Shown: one piece after another, positions 1 to 12,147 of the stretch
How the letters are laid out: each line of letters starts with the position of its first letter
How positions within the stretch are numbered: the first letter of the stretch is position 1
NCBI GenBank assembly: GCA_900617105.1
Contig: UYFQ01000720.1
Span: forward strand, 1 to 57,991
Direction: 5' to 3'
DNA from: Hydrurus foetidus
Taxonomy: Eukaryota
Length of the DNA stretch: 57,991 nucleotides
Translations under genes and position numbers: made by a program
Notes under the pieces: model-generated
The model's database searches: none
Told to the model about the DNA's origin: nothing
The model's input: only the letters and a program-made list of their open reading frames with translations

Positions 1-482
1 TACTCACGACATCTGCGGAGTCGAATTCTTGCTGAGCTACGCTCCAAGAACTTAGTTTAAGTTAGCGAAAGTTGGGCTTAGCCTCTTTCATCTTGGAACC
101 CATTATTGGTGTCTCCAAAGTTCGTAGTTGGTTGAATTCGCGAAAGCCTTCACCACTCGACATTTTCAAACTCGTCGGGTAGCAATTTGAACATTGGATT
201 CATTGCTACCGACACCAAATTAGTCTAACGACTTCTTTTGGCTGGTGGGAATTACTTCCTTCATCCATTACGGACACCAAAAATCTTCACCACTCAAAAA
301 TTGGCTTTCACGCCTAAGAGATTTTCTCGACAAGAGTTGGTTGAAATCAACTCATTCGCTGTTACTTGCGTAAAGTACCCTCAAAGCTAACAAGGCGAAG
401 CTCTGGCAAAATTTTTTTTGACGCCGAGATCCCTTCGTTGCTTAGCCTTTGACGGAATTATAACGTCTCGAAGTCATAGACC

Positions 483-3400
483 ATGGCCGATGACGAAGAA
501 GCATCTTACCCTCGCTACGACGATGAGGGTAAACTCCTCGAACATCCTCCAGATGATGAAACTGAGGAAGAGGAAACACTAGAAGAGGAAGGGGGTATTT
601 TAAATGCCACCCAAACCTCACAGTCTTCAGTGGCTCAGACTATACTGTTCCCACAGACTATGCAGATGCAGCGAGAGATATTCGTCTTAAAAGGCGATTA
701 CATCACTCCGCAAGACGCTGAGAGCTTCTTCGAGCAGGCTCAACGGCTGCCTCGTCTACGCATTAATGAATGCATGCAACGTCAAGCGATTGACTTGCTA
801 CATGTCAAGATTATGACAGACGCTGCTCCATCGTCTCTAACAATGGAACAGAAGCTCGAATGGCAGAATATACTTGACATTGATTTTGTTGCGAAACTAA
901 TCATGCAGTATTTTGGCTCGAATAAACAACGAGACCATGCAGATCATACCCTCGCGGAACTTTTCGCTAAGGTACCATTCCATTACTCACTCAATTCCGA
1001 TGAGGAAGAGTTGAGTACGTACATGGCGTACAAGGAATTGGTAACCAATTACGAGCGCACTCGCCGTATCACTCCAAACCAACAGCACGAGTTGATAACA
1101 ATTTTGGAGAGACGACTTGCTCGTGGCAGTCGTATCCAATCGGACTACTTTGAGTCTAAGAGGCTTGACACACAGTCACCTTCTACATGGGAGGCCGCCA
1201 TGATGCGCCTCATCTCCGTCGTCTCCGCGGCGCGAGAAGCCATTCGAATGAGCAGGAGCTACGGCAATCCTGATCTCATCTACTCGTTCCCGAGTACCGC
1301 AGTACCCCCTCTACGTTCATCACAGAAGAGGGAGAGTACACTCGCGATTCGCGATGTGGATCCACCAAGCGGCAACAGCTCTCTAGCGGTGCGTACCTCA
1401 TTGGAGGCTCCCCAGTGGCTCCTCGAGTCTGCCGCTCGTGTGGCAGTCCTGCTCACATGCTTCCTGCATGCCCGGTGTTATATTACACTGATACCAACAA
1501 TGATCACTCCATTCAATGGGCTGAATCAGCTGTAGGGCAGGCATGGTTAGCCAACGGTGAACCCATGTGGCAGGAACGGTTAATCCTTCCTGGCTACGAA
1601 AACCGTCAGCGGTACCACCCCGCAGGTTCCCTCCCTTCTTGATGTTCACTAACAAGAAGTCAAAGAATAACCATGGGTCGGGTAACCAAAACAACCCCAA
1701 CCAGGGTAACCAAGGTAACCAAGGTAATAACCGCGGTAACCAAGGTAACAACCAAGGTAACAACCAAGGTAACAACCAGGGTAACAACCAGGGTAACCAA
1801 AACAACCAGGGTAATTCCGGTTACCAAGGTAATAACCGCGGTTACCAGGGTAATAACCCGGGTAACCAAAACGCTGGTAGAGGATACCAAGGGAAAAATC
1901 CCCGTGGGGGTAAATACAACCCACCCCAGGGGGGCCCCAACTCGTCTTCCGTTTCAGCGGGACAAAATCAAGGTATAAATGATTATGATGTTGGTTCATC
2001 TGACATTTTAAACCTACCGGATGTTGTATCGTTCATTTCACATGTCGATACACTTCCAACGCTTATTCAAGATGAATATTTGCATGACCCGTCTACCCTT
2101 CCATCTAATTACTTAAACGTTACTGTTTCGGTACAGGATAAGGATACGGACATCCAGACTAGCGTACGACGCATCGTGGGCAAGGCCGTGTTGGACACCG
2201 CCAATTATTCTGAGGATTTTATTTCTTTCATTATGATTCAAAAATTAAATGCTATGCATCTCTGTTATGAGGCTCCTAAAGCCATAACTGTTTGCTCTGG
2301 TCTTGATGGCCATTGCTATGTAAATAACGAACTCATTAATTTAACTCTCCAGTTTCATTCTTATGACGGCGAATGCCACAAAATCCTTTTAACCTTGCGA
2401 GTTAATCGGAATACAGATATTGAACTTTTGTTAAGTCGCAACACTGTAAATAAATATGATTTTATGTCATTAACACCTTTTGCTTTTGGTATCTCTCCTG
2501 AGCTCAGTGCGGAGAACAAAAGGAAAAGAGATATTCGTTGGCGCGAATATCAAGAAAGGGAAGCAATAACAAAGCTTGACCCACTACACTGGAGCAAATA
2601 CACCAGGCGTATGATATCGGAGGGAGTTCTACCCGAAGAGCCAGAGGTAGAGTCGATTACCCCAACATATGATTTGTTGAAGGGAATCACACAGACGAAA
2701 CTCGCTCTTAAAAGAGAACCATACGGCCTTTGCCCAAAGCCAAAACCAACGAAGGCCATTTTGCACGCACCTCTAACCAGGAAAGTCGTGGGGTCAGGTT
2801 GTCATGCAACGTTCACGTGTGGCGTTACCCAGGTTGGTTCCGAGGGAGTCATGACCCAAAGTCCATGTGGTGATGTGGGTTGTCAGCGACTGGACAGTGT
2901 CTCGGCTGTACTCGCGAAACGTACGGGTGATACCCCGCACCTAGGTGGTGACCCGATTCCCACCCTCACACATACCTCTGGGGACTCTGCTACATCAGAC
3001 TATGACGTGGAAGCCGTATGGCCAAGCGGTGTCGCACTCTCCGTTGACGAGATTGACAATGACAAGACTGACACTTTCGCACCTTTCTTGCGTGACAAGA
3101 CGTGCCGAAATGTACCGCCCAATGGGCCGGATGATTTTTTGTCACAAATTCATTTTGAGGGGGATGAAAGCCTTCAGAAGGATTTGCGTACTCTCTGTTC
3201 AGAATTCGCTGATATTTTCAGTGATAAGCTAGCCCCGCAAGCTGCACATCTCAAACCTTTTGAGATCAATTTGCCTAGGCAAAAATGGGAGGTTCCTTCG
3301 AACCGCACACCAGTGCGCCCACAATCCTCTAAAAAGGAACATTACCTCCGCACTTCAATTGAAGAAATGCTGGAGGATGGTGTGATCGAGAGGTCGAACG

Positions 3401-5974
3401 CTGCATACTACAGTCATCCTGTAATGGTAAATAAGACAGCCGATACGTATCGAACCTGCATCGACTATCGTGCACTCAATGAATGCATTGAGCCGGCCTC
3501 CTTTCCCCTACCCAATATCAAACACCTCTTCGAGAGGATCGGTAATAAAAAACCGGATATTTACGGAGTGATGGATTTAACCGCGGGTTACCACCAAGCA
3601 CCTCTGTACACACCCCACCGAATCTATACCGCATTTATATGTTTCATGGGGGTGTTTCAGTTCACGAGATTGCCTTTTGGCCCTTGTCGAGCCCCCTCTT
3701 ACTTTCAGGAGCAGATGGTGACAATGGTCCTTTACGGTCTTATATACCGCTGTTGCGAGATGTATCTCGATGACTGCATCGTATATGGCCGGGGCGAAGC
3801 AGAGTTTCTCATGAATCTGCGCAGTGTTTTTGAAAGATTTCGCCTTAAAAATCTTAAGCTCAAAGCAAAGAAATGCAGATTCGGTCTCAAACGTATTGAA
3901 TACGTGGCCGAGTCATAGACAAAGATGGATTATCCATGTCTAAAGAAAAGATTGAGACAGTACTCAACTTCCCGCTTCCTAAAGAAGTAACATCCCTTCG
4001 TGGATTTCTTGGCTTAGCCAACTACTTTCGTCAATTTGTACCGTTTCATTCGGACATGGTCAAACCCCTTCAAATGATGGTGGACCCAAAGGCACTTAAA
4101 CGTTCCCCAATATATTGGACCCCCGAGGGGACTTTGGCATTTAATGAGACTAAAATCGCGGTATCGCGTTGTCCTTTAATGTACTTCATCAATGATGATT
4201 CACCCATCAGATTATATACTGATGCATCCGATTATGGCATCGGTGGTGTACTCTTCCAAATTGTCGACACCGAATGGAGACCAATTGCCTTTATAAGCAA
4301 ATCTCTATCGGCAACACAAATTAATTGGTCGACAATACAGAAAGAAGCTTATGCTATCTTTTTCTGTTGCCAACAACTCGATTATCTCATTCGAGACCGT
4401 AAGTTTACTATTCATACGGATCATATGAATTTGACATATATGAAACAAAACCCCTACTTCAATGGTGACACGGTGGTTCATTGCAATGCAAGAACTTGAT
4501 TTTACCGTACACTTTGTCAAAGGGTCGGATAATGAACTTGCCGATGCTCTGTCACGGTTATGTCCAAATCTTACCGAAATTGCTCTGCCTAAGACAATCA
4601 GGTCCGAGGGTGATACTCCAGTATCATCTTCTTCATCATCATCTTTTGCAGTTTCGGCTTTAACGGTTATTGAACCGCCGACAGATGAACAGAATGTTTA
4701 CATTCAAATGTGCCACAATGCAATTGTTGGTCACAACGGCATCGACCGTACCCTCACTCGACTCTTTAGTCTTAACCATGTGTGGAAAAATATGAAACAG
4801 CACGTACGCTCGTTCATACGAAACTGCCCATGCTGTCAGAAATTGAGCGCAGTTGATGCAAATATCAGCGCTGCTCATTTTTCAACTTCAACGCATGCTA
4901 TTTTCGATACATTAAATATCGATTATATTGGCCCATTCCTGATAAAGGGTATATTCTTGTCATAATTGACACCTTCTCCAGATGGACAGAAATGTTCTGG
5001 TGTAAGGATGCTACAGCTCAGTCTGCATGTGAATGCTTACTGACTCATTTTGGTCGATTTGGATCGCCAAATATGATTAGATCCGATCGAGGATCCCACT
5101 TCGCTAATGATCTCATTAAAGAGTTCTTAGACCTAACGGGTACACCCCATAATCTCACTTTGGCTTATTCCTCACAAGAGAATGCCATTGTAGAAAGGGT
5201 CAACAAAGAAGTGAATAGACACTTACGAGGTCTCGTGTTTGATACACCATCTCTTGAACACTATGCTAAATGCATACCATTTGTTCAACGTATCATTAAC
5301 AGTTCAGTTAATCGACGAACAAATCAAAGTCCTGCTTCGATTTTATTCGGCAATAAACTTGATTTGAATCGGGGTATTTTGACCCCTCATCTATTACCAA
5401 CGTTGACATCTTCGAATTCAACATACATCACAGATCTCATCGATATACAGGACAAGGTCCTCGATGCAGCAATCGTTTCTCTTCAGAAATGTGATGACAA
5501 ACACAAAAAGTCCACACAAGGTGTGACGGTGTTTCCCATAGGGTCATATGTTCTTGTAAAACAGGAACACCCCCAACTCGATTACACACAAAGTGGAAAG
5601 GTCCTTTCCGTGTTGTCTCCCTTGAGGGATCCGAGTATGTTCTCGCGAACTTAATTACACACAAACACAATAGTGTACATGTGAAAAATCTAAAGATTTT
5701 CAATTATGACCCATCGTTGGGCATACCTGCTGATACAGCACGTCGCGATTACATGGAGTATTTCGTTGAGAAAGTTCTTAATCACACTGGTGATTCAAAG
5801 AAGCCGACATCCATGTCGTTCCATGTTAAATGGCTCAACTATGATACTTCACATAATACATGGGAGCCTTGGAAGAATCTCCGGCTCTGTGAAGCACTCC
5901 ATGTATACTTGCGGAATAATAACATGTCACGTTTTATTCCCAGGAATCTTGAGGGATCAACCGATGAGGTTTGA
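483..5974 (+). CDS. Gypsy Gag-Pol polyprotein split by about six single-base frameshifts
   Basis: Zn knuckle CRSCGSPAHMLPAC (~1430-1471); protease-like LDTA (~2191); RT LPFG and YLDD; RNase H TDAS, EAYAI, TDH; integrase HHCC and SDRG...VER; GPF motif; chromodomain FHVKWLNY..NTWEPWKNL (5681-5974). Breaks at ~1365, ~1630, ~3906, ~4452, ~4939 and ~5572. Confidence 0.9.
1681..1890 (+). repeat. Coding tandem repeat of 9-12 bp units (GGTAAC[AAC]CAA/G) encoding GNQ/GNNQ
   Basis: Repeated ggtaaccaa and ggtaacaacca units, translating as NQGNQGNNQG. Confidence 0.95.
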
Positions 5975-6314
5975 GTTCGAACGTATTATCTTTTGAAGAT
6001 TTTTCGCCTAATTTTTGCCCTTTTCTAAGGGATTTTTATGGTTTTTAGTCAGTAAAAATCTGACATAATTACGTTTTCGACCCTCGTACAACAGTACTCT
6101 ACTGTTTTGTACAACCCCACCTTATCTTTCTACATCGAACCCCAACTTTCTCCAAGTTTTCTTTTGTAAATATTTTTATGTTCACTTTTATTTCTCTCAT
6201 ATTTTCGATTTGGTAAATTTTTGTATATTTTTTTTTATCGATTAAGTTATAAAAATAAGTTTGCAAAGAAACGGGGGTTTCGATTTAGTTTAGATTTAGC
6301 TTAGTTTTTTTTTC

Positions 6315-6338
6315 GAAAGAAGGAAAGATAAGTGGGGG
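6315..6338 (+). other. Polypurine tract of the Gypsy element
   Basis: gaaagaaggaaagataagtggggg ends 3 nt before the LTR TG. Confidence 0.85.
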
Positions 6339-6341
6339 TAA

Positions 6342-6682
6342 TGTGATAGTACCGGGTCCAGGGTCCCGATCCTACCGGGTACCGACTCTACCGGATCCTA
6401 CCGGGTACTACTACTGTACACTACAGTTGGGCTGTTGTATCGTCGTAGCCATCTACAGCATCCACTTAGAAGTTAAACTAGCTTCTAGCATAGATACCTG
6501 TAACTAAGCCTACCTCCTCTTTCCACCCTTTCTCCATTTGCCCGACCACAGTACGCTAGTAACTTCTGCAAAGCAGCACAAACTAGCTAGTGACTGATAG
6601 TCGTGGCTGTGAACACGAAGGTACTAAGGTGGAAACAGCATCTAATCGGCTGAATGGGGTAGCAGACCCTGAGGGAGCCACA
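6342..6682 (+). repeat. 3' LTR of the Gypsy element (341 bp)
   Basis: Starts TGTG just after the PPT and ends CACA where the minus-strand gag-like ORF loses its protein-like character. Several taccgg repeats near the start. No second copy is in the window to confirm it. Confidence 0.75.
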
Positions 6683-7252
6683 GGCCTGGGACCGCTCAAA
6701 TTCCTGATTACCATCACATCTTGATGTAACAACTGACTTGATGACTTCGAGTAGTTTAAGTGGATCGTCGAATTCGACTGCTATGAATTCCGAATTCACT
6801 ATCAGAATCGCGTTTAGCGATGGTGAACACATGCTCCGAATCAGGCGATATGCCGATTCACGATCGTCCATTTGCTTCATTATCCTCTTATTCACCAATG
6901 CTCTGTCGGTGTTGATATCATTCATCATCATCTTTGCTCGGTATCCCTTTGGATCCGAGATTTCGGTGAACGATTCCAGTAATGTGAAGTTGGGCGGCTT
7001 GAAGTTGTAAACCTTGTAGGCAGGTTTGATGGTGAGTAGCATTGGGTCGGGACAGATGCTCTGAAGGTCCTGAAAGTTGCTCCTCATATACTCTTTCAGT
7101 TTCAGCATATTGGCGTCCCATTCTTTCCACCCGTTGTGGGTGATCTCAGGCAAACTTTCTGGCCTCGAGCCATCTCCGATTGCTGAACTTTCGCGCTTTT
7201 CACCCTTCTCAGGTTTCGATTGGGCAGCGCTTTTCTCACCTCGCCGACTCAT
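6683..7252 (-). pseudogene. N-terminal part of a Copia-like Gag, interrupted by the Gypsy insertion
   Basis: The AYRLIRSMCSPSL...EF...DDPLKLLEVIK segment resembles stramenopile Ty1/Copia gag. It follows an LTR-like sequence. The ORF track's start codon is non-ATG. Confidence 0.6.
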
Positions 7253-7405
7253 TCTGAGCTAGCTAGCGGCTTCTAATTATCTTGGAATAAGGCTGTCTTT
7301 TGGATCCTGGATCCAGTCAAAGCACCTGGATGATAGCAGTGATTCGTTCAGAATACACTTTGCTTTCAGCTAGTCGACCAAGGTCGCTTCAACAGCTCAC
7401 TCTAG

Positions 7406-7670
7406 TGTAGGTATAATGGCACACAGCCATATAGTCTCTTTTAATTAGAAGTGCTCATTGTGTCAAAACATAGCAGTTCATGGCTAGCTATACTAGCTAC
7501 AGTTGGCTGTTCACTGTCATCATCAGTTGCAACTTTCAGTACAGTTTGAGTGATGGTCTCGGGTCTGTGAGCACTACCCTCGCTCCTCCACTTGGGCTTG
7601 AGTGATATTACCCAAAGGGAATTCCCCCAAAGGGATTGTCCCCATAGGGATAGCTATGCTATATCCAACA
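7406..7670 (-). repeat. Putative 5' LTR of the Copia-like element (265 bp)
   Basis: The minus strand begins TGTTGGATATAG and ends ATTATACCTACA, an imperfect TG..CA terminal inverted repeat, upstream of the gag-like ORF. Confidence 0.5.
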
Positions 7671-7871
7671 CCCCCCTCATCAGACGTTTTTTCAGTGCGA
7701 AAGTGCTACTTTTATTCATACCGCAGACAACTACAGTAGCAATAAAATACTCAATTGAAAAGCTCCGTTTTCAATTAGGGATCGTGTCCATTATAGATTT
7801 TCGAGATCTACATCAGAGCAGTTGTTATTTCCTGCGAAATTCAGTTGCGTGTGTGGCTACTGCCGTTTGCG

Positions 7872-9188
7872 ATGAGCTCGACACGCCAACTTATGACAAT
7901 GCTACTGCTAGCATCCCGCAACCTACAAATACTTCTTATTGTCTATAGTTTCTCAACAAGCCAACTCACGGCTGTCTCGATTAAGAAGATTGATCCGATT
8001 TTGCATGAAATAATCTCTTTGGTGGAGAGCAAATTCATTGGTTTAGACAGATGCCGTATGTCTCGCATAGATGAGGCCACGAAACCAATCTTGAATCCTG
8101 AAAAGTACTTCAACGAATCGGAGATTCCCGGGGTAGGAAACCAATCCCCATTGATGATTCAAACAGTATGTTTCAGCCACGGTTCTCTTGGAAACTCTAT
8201 TTCCGAATACGTAGAAGCTCGAATTTGTGCGCAGCTCAGGGGCTACAACTACATCGCAGCATTTCATACTGATCCAACTGACAAACGCAGCAGAAATAAT
8301 TTCTTTGATGCCTTCCCAAGCACAGTACGCCATGAGTCACCTTCCTTGAACGTGACGGGTTATTCAAAGCTGTGCCCTTGTGAAAGTATGTGTCACGAAT
8401 GGTCCCGTGGTTTGATGCACTCCAACATGAAAATCGCCAAATCAATATTCCGAAGTGCCATAGACTATTATTGGGAGAAACGCTTAGAGGATGATGAGAA
8501 ACTTGGGTTAAATTCGAAATATTTAGACGTGCGGAAGATGAAGACAAAACCGATTATCAGTAGGAATGGAGAGATTTATAAATCGAATACAAATGGAACT
8601 TACTCTCCTACTGGATGCTTGAACAAAACCGACCAAGATAATCAAAATCATGAGGGCGCTTTGATGCACTCTCTTCCAATAATTCCTGAGGTTGCAATAC
8701 ATTACCGATGCGGAGATAATGTTGTCACTCATTATGGCTTCCTTCCATTTCGAGCATATTCAAAACTCATTCCTAAGAATACAAGTCACATATATATTCT
8801 TGCGGAATCTCCTGAGAGAAATCCAAAGGCGAATTCTGTTAGAAGATGTGGGTCCATATTCGCAGCACTAAATGCGTACTTAACGGAGAAATTTCCTTCC
8901 ACTATAATTGTGATATTGAGAGGTCATGACATTATCGAAGATTTAGCAAGACTGACGTATGCGAACATCACTATATGCAGTGTCAGTACATTTTGCCTGT
9001 GGCCCGCTATATCGAGTGATAATGCTGCTCATTATCCTGTCACAAAGTTGATAGCGAAGGAGGATATACACTTTGACTACGGTCCATCCTTTCACTGGAT
9101 GACTGATGCACATGACGCAGCTATCAGGGGTGTGCATGCAATAGCTATGACAAATGCAGCGTTGGTGAAGCTATTACAGGACGATTAA
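7872..9188 (+). CDS. Putative glycosyltransferase, alpha-1,2-fucosyltransferase (GT11)-like
   Basis: Intronless ORF with an N-terminal hydrophobic anchor. GSLGN, AIHYRCGD (HxRxGD GDP-sugar motif) and STFCLW (like STFSWW) match GT11-type motifs. The start codon is uncertain. Confidence 0.6.
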   Translation: MSSTRQLMTMLLLASRNLQILLIVYSFSTSQLTAVSIKKIDPILHEIISLVESKFIGLDRCRMSRIDEATKPILNPEKYFNESEIPGVGNQSPLMIQTVCFSHGSLGNSISEYVEARICAQLRGYNYIAAFHTDPTDKRSRNNFFDAFPSTVRHESPSLNVTGYSKLCPCESMCHEWSRGLMHSNMKIAKSIFRSAIDYYWEKRLEDDEKLGLNSKYLDVRKMKTKPIISRNGEIYKSNTNGTYSPTGCLNKTDQDNQNHEGALMHSLPIIPEVAIHYRCGDNVVTHYGFLPFRAYSKLIPKNTSHIYILAESPERNPKANSVRRCGSIFAALNAYLTEKFPSTIIVILRGHDIIEDLARLTYANITICSVSTFCLWPAISSDNAAHYPVTKLIAKEDIHFDYGPSFHWMTDAHDAAIRGVHAIAMTNAALVKLLQDD

Positions 9189-9264
9189 TCCACTTTTCTT
9201 TCAAGTCTTTATCTTTTTGAGTTATCAGAAAATTCGACGTGAACACTTCAGATATGATTTGCCA

Positions 9265-9313
9265 TTAATTTGCTCCCGTGCAACTAATTTGCTCCTGTGC
9301 TATTAATTTGCTG
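9265..9313. repeat. Short tandem repeat, ~19 bp x 2.5
   Basis: taatttgctcc(c/t)gtgc repeated. Confidence 0.7.
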
Positions 9314-9569
9314 ATATTGCAGAACTAATCTGACCCTCTTCATGAATAGATTCTTTATATAGTAATTCTATAATTACATCTCTGAAGTAGTCGATTTAGA
9401 AATGTATCATGTATATTACACAGTATTGACAAAATAATGATGTAATATGAGGTAAATGAAAGTAATAACAATTTAACATTTCAGTAGTTTTTACATTTTC
9501 ATATCTCTACAGTGGACTTCTGATGTCTCTCAAGTGTTGTCAAAGCAAAAGACTTCGGTGGCCCGGTAA

Positions 9570-10037
9570 TCATTTTGCAACGACCCAATTTGCTGCTGCC
9601 TGACTGAGAACGTAACCTGAAACATCTTTAATTTCTTCGGGAGAAAACTTTGCTGGCATGACATTTCCTTTCGGACTTATGAAGGAGCCGTAAGCAGGCA
9701 TTTGACCTTTTCCTTTCGAAATTAGTGCCTCCATCGCCTCGGATGTGTCATATTTGTATTTGACCAAAGCATTCATGAACAATGTTTTTGAACCCGAGAA
9801 AAGGTTCGAACCACCCGCATGGCAACCAGAACAGCTACTTGTAAAAAGCGCAGCCCCTTTATCGAGATCAACTGCCTCAGATGGTGACGCACCGATCAAT
9901 ACCACTGTCGTCGAAAGTAATGCCAGTTTGGACCTGAGCAGCTTACTCTGCTTCATAAGCAGATCATTAAGACTAAGACCGCATGCTGTCGCAACCAAAA
10001 TAACTAACGCGGTGAGTCTGAGAGGATAAGAAATCAT
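9570..10037 (-). CDS. Plastid-lumen cytochrome c6 family protein (c6A/c6BC-like)
   Basis: CSGCH haem motif, KTL, and GKGQMPAY with the axial Met. Signal peptide plus a second hydrophobic segment ending SEA|VD, consistent with lumen targeting. Confidence 0.9.
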   Translation of the reverse strand: MISYPLRLTALVILVATACGLSLNDLLMKQSKLLRSKLALLSTTVVLIGASPSEAVDLDKGAALFTSSCSGCHAGGSNLFSGSKTLFMNALVKYKYDTSEAMEALISKGKGQMPAYGSFISPKGNVMPAKFSPEEIKDVSGYVLSQAAANWVVAK

Positions 10038-11075
10038 TCCTGAATGAAGAGGTAGTGACAAGAAATTCCTCTGCAACGCTGCCTGGCAATCAGATGCTGA
10101 GGACTCTCAGCTGAGAGCGGTTATCTTCTGCTTCCAAGTCTTGGCAGTATGGCAGCTGGTAGCAGCAGCAGGCTGAGAGCAGAGAGCAGAGAGGGCATCA
10201 AGAATCAAGATCCAGATCAGAAATAATCAGAACCTCTCATCCGTACTCCGTACGTGTGTACTGCACAGTATACCGCAGCTTCTGCGTACTCACTTTACTT
10301 CTATTACGTATAGTAACATTGCGCGCTCGACTTGACGTAGTTATGGCTGGTTCAGTATGCATACCTGGGGCATCATCAGAGGGGTGATTTGAAAAAGGTT
10401 TGGTCTCCAATTCGTAAGTTGCTTTTAAAAAGCTAATTGTATTTGTTGGTTTCGGTGAAGAAAATTTCAACGAGAACTTCAACGGATGACAAATATCGTC
10501 AATTGTCGTACATATCTTCAGAAGTGTACTTCTATCAAGTGATTCGATTGTAATTTATGCGCTAAATGAAAAATTGATGAATGAACTCTTTCGTGATATT
10601 TTACGTGTGCTCATATGTGAAACGTCAGAACACATCTTTTGGAGATAATTATCCTATGACTCTCAGTCACTGCTGTAGGCTGTAATTTGATGAGGGGCTA
10701 CAGACGCTTTTTGTTTGCTCTCTTTGCTTCTTTACAAATTCGAAAATCGAAAAGGATTGAAGAGTAATGACTGATTAATATAAAAGTTCTATAGGGGACC
10801 GACCCTTCAGAAAAATCAATCTCGAAAGTTACTGATTTCAGAGCATCCGCCCCATCTAACTCGTCTCGAAAGCCAGTAAACATTCTCAATATAAGATTTT
10901 GTCATCGTTTCCATGGGAAATGTTTTTGAAAATGCAGGAGCATAACCAAAAAATGAAAGTTGCACCTACAGACTGTGAAGTTAACAATATCACAAGATTG
11001 ATTGGTTGTAGGAATTCACAGATACTGACCAGATGTGGCAAAGTCTATTGGAGAGAAACATGGAATTATTTTAAT

Positions 11076-11562
11076 TTAGGCGAACTTCTTGCAGGCTTCG
11101 ATAATAATATCTTCAGTCAGTTCTGATAGGTCTGTTGCAGAAATTTTAGTGGAGACTCCGACAAGAGCACGAGTTAAGGCATCTTTCGATCCTGCGTAAA
11201 CCATCTTTGCTTTGATTTTAGCTGTGTCTGGGGCCCTGTTAAACAGTGCATCGAAATTTAGTCTGGAATGTTGCTGTGCTAGTGAAGATTCAGGTCGACT
11301 CTCACCAAGTGATAAATACGAGTTTATTTCCAGGGCGGCCGTCGTTGGTCATGAAGTCCATGTCATACATAGCATATCGGCAGTCGTCAGAGGGTAATGT
11401 CCCGACGAATTCGTCGAATGACTTAGATTGGCTAACATTATCCGTCACGATTACTCCATCGACGATTTTGTAAGTAATGAACTTTGCTTTGACTCTACCA
11501 AGCTTGACGTCATTGAATTGAGAAATGACTGAGTCATCGACACTGACTCCCGTTGCGGCCAT
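11076..11562 (-). CDS. Actin-depolymerising factor / cofilin; exons 11562-11306 and 11235-11076
   Basis: MAATGVSV, LPSDDCRYAMYD, KLVFITW|APDTAKIKAKMVYAGSKDAL. A GT-AG intron restores the frame. Confidence 0.95.
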
Positions 11563-11921
11563 TGGATATACTGCCGATGGGGAATACCTGTAGTATTTAA
11601 TGCGACGCTGTCAGTAGGTGCAGCTATAGCTCTCCTGGATGGATGGAGGGATATTGGGGTCGGGTCACGAAAGTGTCACGGCGCGATCGTGTGATCGGTT
11701 GACGAAAAACGAAAAAACGCACCCTGTGTGGGCTCTCAAATTTCTACTGTATATATGTACGATGCTGTATGACAAGCATCTAACAATAAAACGCTGATGG
11801 AGGGGCGATTATACAGTCAAATTTATATCGTGTTATCATTTTGTAATACTGCATATTGCTGTGTTACAAGCATCTTACAAGTAAATGCTGATGGAGTGAG
11901 TTTTATGCATTAAAAAGTAAG

Positions 11922-11976
11922 AAAACGTGAGTAAAACGTGAGTAAAATGTTAATAAAACGTGAGTAAAACGTTAGT
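11922..11976. repeat. 11 bp tandem repeat (aaaacgtgagt) x5
   Basis: Directly visible, with degenerate units. Confidence 0.85.
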
Positions 11977-12147
11977 CCCTAATTTCGTGGGTGCTCCTAA
12001 ATGTGGAGATCTGGTATCGAAAAATTGTAGTTGTTACTACAGTAAGAAATATGTAAAGCATTCCATGTATTGTGTAATTGATATAAAATCTTCCAATAAA
12101 ACGATATAATAATGAAAGTAATTGCATTTGTATGAAACGAAAAATAA

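Larger units (their letters stand above)
1..6682 (+). mobile_element. Ty3/Gypsy chromovirus-type LTR retrotransposon (5' LTR lies outside the window)
   Basis: Domain order gag-CCHC-PR-RT-RH-INT-chromodomain. A polypurine tract at 6315-6338 is followed by a TGTG...CACA LTR at 6342-6682. Confidence 0.95.

Noticed and set aside
1398..1999. Antisense and alternate-frame ORFs (LPWL, VTLV, GCY, TKVT repeats)
   Set aside because: By-products of the stop-free GGTAAC repeat in gag.
7671..7680. PPT-like GAGGGGGG just before the Copia-like LTR on the minus strand, suggesting a 3' LTR or tandem element
   Set aside because: The upstream sequence has no RNase H ADxxTK motif and the LTR is followed by gag, so this is probably chance flank. 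Not fully excluded.
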